NCBI GenBank assembly: GCA_964016885.1
Contig: OZ024741.1
Location: 227,726,001 to 227,790,000, forward strand
Reading direction: 5' to 3'
DNA: 64,000 bases
Source: Eledone cirrhosa
Taxonomy: Eukaryota
Numbering within the stretch: the first letter of the stretch is position 1; every line of letters begins with the position of its first letter. Positions 52,750-64,000 of this stretch are shown here, in pieces. A program made the position numbers and the translations under genes. Under the pieces are notes generated by a model. The model saw only the letters and a list, made by a program, of their open reading frames with translations. It did not search any database and was not told where the DNA came from.

Positions 52750-53356
52750 ACAACCAGCAAATTGCTCAAGTTACGGAGTTTGTATATCTCGGTCACAAGC
52801 TATCATCAAACAACAATGGAATGGTTGCTGCGCAGTATCGCACCGCTCTAGGTTGGGCAGCTTTCAACAAGAACAAGGAAGTACTAACATCAAAATGAGT
52901 TTCCTGTCATTTGAAGGCTAGGATCTTTGATAGTTACATTCTACCAGTTGTGTTATATGGTCTTGACTGTGTTAATTGGACGACAAGGTCACTTCAGGAG
53001 CTCTCTACATTCCAGAACCACATCGTGAGACTTATGACTGGCAAGCGGCTCAGCGACCGTATCTGTGTCAGTGAGCTGCTCAACATTACCAGACTTAGAC
53101 TAATTACATCAATTGTCAAGTCAAGAGTACTCAAACTATACGGTCATATGTGGTGTGAGTAGGTTATGCTTGGAAGGAAGGTTGGCTAGTGAGAGAAGCA
53201 GAGGCCAGCAGCCAAAATGATGGCTTGACAATGTCAACTTATGGACTGGACTTGATCTTTGCTCTTTGAACTCTGCTGCTGGTGATTGAACTTTCTGGAG
53301 AGATATCACATGTTAATGGGCAGTCTGCAACTGGCGGAGTCTAGCGTCACAAGAGA

Positions 53357-53360
<4 letters not shown>
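52750..53360 (+). mobile_element. RTE-clade LINE 3' fragment
   Basis: WAAFNK..L, KARIFDSYILPVVLYG, FQN..R, LKLYGH, RS.GQQPK.WLDNV; decayed. Confidence 0.75.
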
Positions 53361-53396
<36 letters not shown>

Positions 53397-53830
53397 GCAG
53401 ATAAAAAGACCAAAGAGCAATGAACTCTTCTAAAAGCTTACAAGGAGCTACCGACATACACGCCAATTTCTACAAAAGGAAACTGCAATGTTACTTGTAA
53501 GTAAATCAAACCCAAAGACCGAATCTTCAAATCCATTGTCAATGAAGTCTAAGGTTAGTGGCCGACCTCAATCAATATGTGGGACCAGGGAAATCCTGTT
53601 ATAGACGACACATAGCAACTAATTAATACTTTGCTTATGAGGAATTTTTTACTTAGATTGTTGCCTACTTTACTTTCCCCAATTATATCCCATGGTAATT
53701 ATTTATCAATAAATAACATTGACAAAACTACACGAATAATTACTATCATATATAAATAAATGAACAATTTAGTAATAAATGTTCAGGGCTGCTAATATAC
53801 TCACGAGACACAATTGAATATACAGCATAA

Positions 53831-53886
<56 letters not shown>

Positions 53887-54101
53887 GCAGAGGTTATATT
53901 TAATTTGTTGGGATTCAACAAGCTTAAACAGCGAATTTCAACCGTTGAGGTTGTCTTTTTTCCGGGTATGCCAATATTTATTTATAAAACAAATCTGTAT
54001 TTTATCTGATGAAAGCGCACCATAATTTACCTTGGTCGCCCTTGAAATATATATAATCAAATAAATATGGTTTTATAAATATAGTTTCCATTTATTAATA
54101 T

Positions 54102-56101
<2,000 letters not shown>

Positions 56102-57174
56102 TGAGATTCTACAGGACTAGAACAGTTTCATTCTTTAGAAATCATCAGGAATCTGGGTATCAAAATATAAGTATGGTATTTATAGGTCTCTTCAAGTGGT
56201 AGGAGAGGGTAGGGAGTGGGATGGGTGTAGGTCATTGGTTGATAGAAAAGGGAATTCATTAAAAGCTAATTCTTCAAAGCTATAGTTTATTTATGCCCAT
56301 ACCCACTCCTTCAGAAGACCGGACAAATCAAACAAGACAACACTCGCCTCCTATATTTGGGACCTCAAAAGGAACTCCACCCCCTTCACGCTTAAATGGA
56401 AAATACTCCAGAAAGCGCGCTCTTACAACGGAGGACACAAGGGCTGCGACCTTTGTATCTCAGAGAGCTACGAAATTTTATTCGCCAAGGGCCCGCTACT
56501 GAACAAACTCTCTGAACACTGCCCGAACTGCATGCACAAGAACTTTGCAACTTTCAAACACTTTAAGCCAGTGTTAAAGCCCGATGGCTAAAAACGACCT
56601 CCTCCTATTGGCCCCTATACCTCCTTCCCACCCTACCCCCACCCCTCCTCAACCTGAAATACGGCCACTATGGTTATGTGAGTACCTCTTACCTATCTGC
56701 ATTTTCTGCCTGTAGAGCTGTTTTATGTGCCTGTGTATATGCGCATATTTATTGAGTACTTATTTATTTGTATGTGTATATATTTGTGTGTATGTGTGTA
56801 TATGTTTGTTTATGTATATGTATGTGTATGTATGTGTATGTGTGCACACATATATATGTGTATGTATGTGTGTATATGTATACATATGTGTGTATGTGTA
56901 TGTATATGTATATATATATATATGTGTGTGTATGTGTATGTATATATATATATGTATATGTATGTATATATATATATATATGTGTGTGTGTATATATGTG
57001 TATGTATATGTATATATATATATATATATATATGTATGTTTGTGTATGTATGTATGTATATGTGTATATATGTGTATATGTACATATATGTATATATGTG
57101 TGTGTGTATATATGTGTGTGTATGTGTGTGTGTGTGTCTGTATGTGTATATATATGTATATATATATATATATA

Positions 57175-57245
<71 letters not shown>

Positions 57246-57246
57246 G

Positions 57247-57277
<31 letters not shown>

Positions 57278-57278
<1 letters not shown>

Positions 57279-57610
57279 CGTGGGAAAGTAAAAAAATCGG
57301 AGAATAGCCCCCAAAACTCTTTCCGAGCAATATAAGGAACACTTGTGATTATTTATGCCCTTGAGAAGCCCAACTGGGCGAAACGTACGTAGGTGATATT
57401 TTAAATAAACATGTTTTAACGGTCTATTCTCCGATTTCTTACTTTTCCACGTGCTTACGCTCTGCTAACTCTCTAGCCCACTAAATATTAACACTTCGAA
57501 TATTTAATACTGCCGGCACTAGTATCGAGCACCATTGGCATACGCTACTTGGCAAATAACTATATGTATCACCTATCCCCCCTTTTTTTCTCTTTCTCGA
57601 TACGTAAATA
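57278..57610 (+). mobile_element. Solo pLTR of family H with short inverted 5' end and HHR (about 57357-57395)
   Basis: CC-TTGAGAA-GCCC(aact)GGGC-GAA-ACGTACGT-A-GG; 57278-57308 is inverted against 57424-57453. Confidence 0.8.
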
Positions 57611-57757
57611 CTATATATATATATATATATATATGCGTGTGTGTGTGTGGTATTTGTGTGTATGTGTTTGTGTGGCTCTCTCTCTGTGTATTTATTTATT
57701 TATTTATTTAATATTTATATATATATGTGTGTGTGTGTATATATGTGTATATATATA

Positions 57758-57820
<63 letters not shown>

Positions 57821-57835
57821 ATGTATAGATATGTG

Positions 57836-57884
<49 letters not shown>

Positions 57885-57917
57885 ATATATATATGTATGT
57901 ATATGTGTGTATGTGTG

Positions 57918-58026
<109 letters not shown>

Positions 58027-58102
58027 GTATGTATGTGTGTGTGTGTATATGTATGTGTGTATATATGTGTGTATCTTTGGATATGTAGGTGTATGTATGT
58101 TC

Positions 58103-58178
<76 letters not shown>

Positions 58179-58231
58179 TATATATGTGTGTATGTGTGTA
58201 TATGTATGTGTATGTGTATATGTATATGTAA

Positions 58232-58288
<57 letters not shown>

Positions 58289-58403
58289 TATATGTATGTA
58301 CGGTGTACGTGTGTATATATATGTGTGTGTATGTGTGTATATATGTATGTATGTATATATATGTGTATATGTGTGTGTGTCTGTATATATATATATGTAT
58401 ATA

Positions 58404-58504
<101 letters not shown>

Positions 58505-58520
58505 ATGTATATACATACAT

Positions 58521-58562
<42 letters not shown>

Positions 58563-58604
58563 GTATATATATGTATATGTATGTATATATATGTATATAT
58601 ATAA

Positions 58605-58658
<54 letters not shown>

Positions 58659-59229
58659 ATATATATATATATTTGTGTATGTGTGTGTGTGTGTATATAT
58701 ATGTATATGTATATGTGTAAGCGTGTGTGTTTATGGGTGCGCGCGAGTGCTGTAGTGAGTGTGTTCTGTGAATGTGTCTGTTGATTTTAGGCATATATTT
58801 GAATAGTTTAAGAGAAATTTGAGGTTAATTGTAAGATATGCACTCAGTATTTTGAATCTGTCTGCAGAATTCTCTAAACCTTTGTTACTTAGTAGAACCT
58901 TAAAGAATTTAGCTTTTAAAGAAACTCCCTTTCCTTTAAATCTATCTACCATGACTGACCCCCACTGATCTTATAGACACCTGTTAGCTTAAGAGAAACT
59001 TAATAATAAGGAGTGGCCTGCCATCCTGAACCTGTTTATAGAATTCTTTCTGCCTTTGTTACTCTAAAAATAAAAATAAAAATAAAAATAAAAATAAATT
59101 ATAGCTTTGTAGAATTAGCTTTTAATGAATTCCCTTTTCTATCAACCAATGACCTACACACATCCCACTCCCCACCCTCTCCTACCACTTGTAGAGACCT
59201 ATAAATACCATACTTATTTTTTGATACCC

Positions 59230-59280
59230 AGATTCCTGATGATTTCTAAAGAATGAAACAGTTCTAGTCCTGTAGAATCT
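59230..59280 (+). ncRNA. Intact type I hammerhead
   Basis: AGATTC-CTGATGA-T-TTCT(aa)AGAA-T-GAA-ACAG(ttctagtc)CTGT-A-GAATCT; GUA site. Confidence 0.85.
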
Positions 59281-59473
59281 CATCTATATTAAAACTGTTA
59301 TACTCTGCAATGTATTGAGTACCTTACTTACTGTGGTTACCTCCGATTCAACCCGGAATAACGTATATATATATATTTATTTATGTATATGTATGTGTGT
59401 ATGTGTGTACGTATGTGTGTGTATATTTGTGTGTATATATATGTGTGTGTATATATGTGTGTGTGTGAGTATG

Positions 59474-59516
<43 letters not shown>

Positions 59517-59600
59517 ATGTGTGTATATGTATATATATGTATATATATGTGTATATATATGTATGTATATATGTATACGCGCATATGTATGTATGTATAT

Positions 59601-59635
<35 letters not shown>

Positions 59636-59761
59636 ATACGTGTATGTGTGTGTATATATGTATATATATATATATATGTATGTATGGTGTATGTGTGTAT
59701 ATATATGTGTATGTATGTGTGTATATATGTATATATGTATATATGTGTATGTGTGTGTGTG

Positions 59762-59798
<37 letters not shown>

Positions 59799-60247
59799 GT
59801 ATATATGTATATATATATACAAGTTAATATAAATTAATATATTTGATAAACACAAATACCAACATATCTGTGTTTGTATTGTAAATGACTAAGTTAGCTA
59901 GATTGAAAAATACTAATTATAATAATACAGTTTGCCTGTCTCGATTTAAAATAATAAATCAATAAAAACAAAGCATATTGGCATATGGCCGTGGTGCTTG
60001 GACAAATTTAAATTTCAAAATCAAACCTGTTCCGTAGACAGGTTTAAACCCTAAAATCCAAATAAGTTTCGAAAAATGAAAAAGTGAAAGAATACCGCAT
60101 TTAGATCTCCTCAGCAAGCACTAGAAAAAATTGGTATGTTTCACTTCAAAATATTTAAAAAGACTGTTTAACGCACATGGTTTTTCAACATGGCTATCCA
60201 GTGTCTAGCTGCCGCATACACGTGCTGCTAGAAATAACAGCCGTTTA

Positions 60248-63200
60248 ACTGTGTGTGTGACTGTGTCTGTGTGACTGTGTGTGTGTGTGACTGTGTGTGT
60301 GTGACTGTGTGTGTGTGTGACTTTGTGTGTATGTGACTGTGTGCATGTGACTGTGTGTATGTGACTATGTGTGTGTGACTGTGTGAGTGACTGTGTGTAT
60401 ATGACAGTGTGTATGTGGCTGTGTGAGTGTGACTGTGTGTGACTGTGTGTATATGTGACCGTGTGTGACTGTGTGTGTATGTGACTGTGTGTGTGTGATT
60501 GTGTGTGTGTGACTTTGTGTGACTGTGTGTATGTGACTGTGTGTGTGTGACTGTGTGTGTGTGACTGTGTGTGACTGTGTGTGTATGTGACTGTGTGTAT
60601 GTGAGTGTGTCTATGTGTGACTGTGTGTGTGTATGTGACTGTGTGTATGTGTGACTGTGTGTATGTGTGACTGTGAGTATGTGACTGTGTGTGTATGTGA
60701 CTGTGTGTCTGACTGTGTTTATGTGACTGTGTGTGTGACTGTTTGTATGCGACTGTGTGTATATGACTGTGTGTGTGTGACTGTGTGTATGTGTGACTCT
60801 GTGTATGTCACTGAGTTTGTGTGTGACTGTGTGGGTATGTGACTGTGTGTGTGTGACTGTTTGTGATTGTGTGTATTTATGTGTGTGTGTGTAACTGTGT
60901 GTATATGACTGTGAGTGTCTGACTGTGTGTATGTGTGTGATTGTGTGTATGTGACTGTGTGTATGTGACTCTGCGTGTGTGAATATGTGTGTATGTGACT
61001 GTGTGTGTGTGACTGTGTGCGACTTTGTGTGTATTTCACTCTGTGTGTGTGACTGTATGTGTGTGACAGAGTGTATGTAACTGTGTGCATGTGATTGTGT
61101 GTGACTGTGTGTATGGGACTGTGTGTGTGACTGTGTGTATGTGACTGTGTGTCTGTCTGTTTGTGTGTGACTTTGTGTATGTGGCTGTGTGTGTATGTGA
61201 CTATCTGTATGTGGCTGTGTCTGTGACTGGCTGTGTGTGTGTGTGATTGTGTTTTATGTGACTGTATGTTTGTGACCGTGAGTGTATATGACTGTGTGTG
61301 TGACTGTGTGTGTGTGTGACTGTGTGTGTGTGACTGTGTGTGTGTGTGACTGTATGTATGTGACTGTGTGTGGATGACAGTGTGTGTGTGTCTGTGTGTC
61401 TGTGACTGTGTGTGTGTAACTGTGTGTATGTGACTGTGTATCTGGCTGTATGTGTGACTGTGTGTATGTTGGTGTGTATGTGTCATTGTGTGCGTGACTG
61501 TGTGCGGGACTGTGTTTATATTACTGCGTATGTGACTGTGTGTATGTGAGTGTGTGTACATGACTCTGTGTGTGACCGTGTGTATGTGACTGTGTGTATG
61601 TGACTGTGTGTGTAACTTATGTATGTGACTGTGTGTATTTGACTGTGTGTGTGACTGTATGTATGTGACTGTGTGTGTGTGACTGTGTGTGTGACTGAGT
61701 GTGTTACTGTGTATGTATGACTATGTGTGTAACTGTGCGTGTGACTCTGCCTGTGTGACTGTATGTGTGTGTGACTGTGTGTGTGTGTGACTGTGCGTGT
61801 ATGTGACTGTGTGTATGTGGCTATGTGTATGTGACTGTGTGTGTGTGACTGTGTGTATGTGACTGTGTGTATGTGGCTGTGTGTGTGTGACTGTGTGTGG
61901 CTGTGTGTGTATGTGACTGTGTGTGACTGTGCGTGTATGTGATTGTGTGTGTGTGACTGTGTGTCTGTGACTGTGTGTGACTGTGTGTATGTGCCTGTGT
62001 GTGTGTGACTGTGTGTGTGTGGCTGTGTGTATATGACTGTGTGTGTATGTGCCTGTGTATATGTGTGACTGTGTGTATGTGTGACTGTGTGTATGTGACT
62101 CTGGTGTATGTGACTGTGTGTCTGACTGTGTGTATGTGATTGTGTCTGTGTGACTGTGTGTATGTGTCTGTGTGTATATGACTGTGTGTGTGTGACTGTG
62201 TGTATATGACTGTGTGTGTGTGACTGTGTGTGTATGTGACTGTTTGTGTGTGTGACTGTGTGTGACTGTGTTACTGTGTGTCTGTGTCTCTTTCTGTGAC
62301 TGTGTGTGTGTGACTGTGTTCAGTGACTTATGTGCATGTGACTGTGTGTATGTGACTGTGTGTGTGACTGTGTGTATGTGACTGTGTGTATGTGACTGTG
62401 TGTGAGTGACTGTGTGTATGTGACTGTGTGTGTATGTGACTGTGTGTCTGTGTATGTGACTGTGTGAATGTGACTGTGTGTATGTGACTGTCTGTGTGAC
62501 TGTGTGTATGTGACTGTGTGTATGTGACTGTGTGTGTGTGGCTGTGTGTGTGTGTGACTGTATGTATGTGACTGTGTGTGGATGACAGTGTGTGTGTGTC
62601 TGTGTGTCTGTGACTGTGTGTGTAACTGTGTGTATGTGACTGTGTATCTGGCTGTATGTGTGACTGTGTGTATGTTGGTGTGTATGTGACATTGTGTGCG
62701 TGACTGTGTGCGGGACTGTGTTTATATTACTGCGTATGTGACTGTGTGTATGTGAGTGTGTGTACATGACTCTGTATGTGACCGTGTGTATGTGACTGTG
62801 TGTATGTGACTGTCTGTGTGACTGTGTGTATGTGACTGTGTGTATGTGACTGTGTGTATGTGACTGTGTGCATGTGACTGTGTGCATGTGACTGTGTGCA
62901 TCTGACTGTATGTGTGACTCTGTGTATGTGACTGTGTGTATGTGAATGTGTGCATGTGACTGTGTGTATGTGACTGTGTGCATCTGACTGTATGTGTGAC
63001 TGTGTGTGTGTGTGACTGTGTGTGTGTGTGACTGTATGTATGTGACTGTGTGTGGATGACTGTGTGTGTGTGTGACTGTGTGTCTGTGACAGTATGTGTG
63101 TAACAGTGTGTATGTGACTGTGTGTATCTGACTGTGTGTGTGACTGTGTGAATGGCGGTGTGTGTATGTGACATTGTCTGTGTGACTGTGTACGGGACTG

Positions 63201-64000
63201 TGTTTATATTACTGCGTGTGTGACTGTGTGTATGTGAGCGTGTGGATGTCACTGTGTGTGTATGTAACTGCGTGTGTATGACTGTGTGTATATGACTCTG
63301 TGTATGACTGTGTGTATGCGAATGTTTGTATCTGACTGTGTGTGTGACTGTATGTATGTGACTGAGTGTATACGACTGTGTGTGTGACTGTGTGTGTGAC
63401 TGTGTCTGTGTGACTGTGTGTGTGTAACTGTGTGTGTGACTGTGTCTGTGTGACTGTGTGTGTGTGTGACTGTGTGTGTGTGACTTTGTGTGTATGTGAC
63501 TGTGTGCATGTGACTGTGTGTATGTGACTATGTGTGTGTGACTGTGTGAGTGACTGTGTGTATATGACAGTGTGTATGTGGCTGTGTGAGTGTGACTGTG
63601 TGTGACTGTGTGTATATGTGACCGTGTGTGACTGTGTGTGTATGTGACTGTGTGTGTGTGATTGTGTGTGTGTGACTTTGTGTGACTGTGTATATATGAC
63701 TGTGTGTATGTGACTGTGTGCGACTGTGTGTGTATTTGACTCTGTGTGTGTGACTGTGTGTGTGTGACAGTGTGTATGTAACTGTGTGTATGTGATTGTG
63801 TGTGACTGTGTGTATGTGACTGTGTGTATGACTGTGTGTATGTGACTGTGTGTGTGGTGTGTGTGACTGTGTGTGTGTGACTGTGTGTGTGTGTGACTGT
63901 ATGTATGTGACTGTGTGTGGATGACAGTGTGTGTGTGTCTGTGTGTCTGTGACTGTGTGTGTGTAACTGTGTGTATGTGACTGTGTATCTGGCTGTATGT
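60248..64000. repeat. Degenerate (TG)n-GAC satellite (GTGACTGTGTGTAT-like units)
   Basis: Continuous to the window end; landmark GGATGAC near 61372, 62580, 63054 and 63919. Confidence 0.95.

Noticed and set aside
54002-54058. Hammerhead-like TTAT-CTGATGA..GAAATATATATAA
   Set aside because: Stem II is plausible but the cleavage-site and stem I register do not fit; at most a decayed copy.

Overview
AT-rich, repeat-saturated animal DNA with no recognisable host gene, rRNA, tRNA or CRISPR array. The SINE families and (TA)n/(CA)n density resemble an octopod cephalopod, which is an inference only. The window is a nest of retroelements inserted into microsatellites: many Penelope-like elements (PLEs, mostly Naiad-like RT plus C-terminal GIY-YIG), Dong/R4-like RLE LINEs in (TAA)n, two Tx1/L1-like LINEs in (GATA)n, an internally deleted Helitron, an RTE fragment, tRNA-derived SINEs, mariner and piggyBac relics, and a terminal TGTGAC satellite. 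The ORF track misses the main signal, which is RNA structure. By eye I find roughly 30 type I hammerhead ribozyme (HHR) motifs in about 15 sequence families. They lie in PLE pseudo-LTRs, in non-coding tandem arrays (about 425, 312, 480 and 517 bp units; candidate non-LTR retrozymes) and in fold-back mini-elements. Several families carry non-canonical cores shared between copies (UUGAGAA, CAGAAGA, CCGAUGA). One insertion starts exactly at its predicted self-cleavage site and folds back there. All folds and boundaries were derived by manual inspection and are approximate to a few bases.
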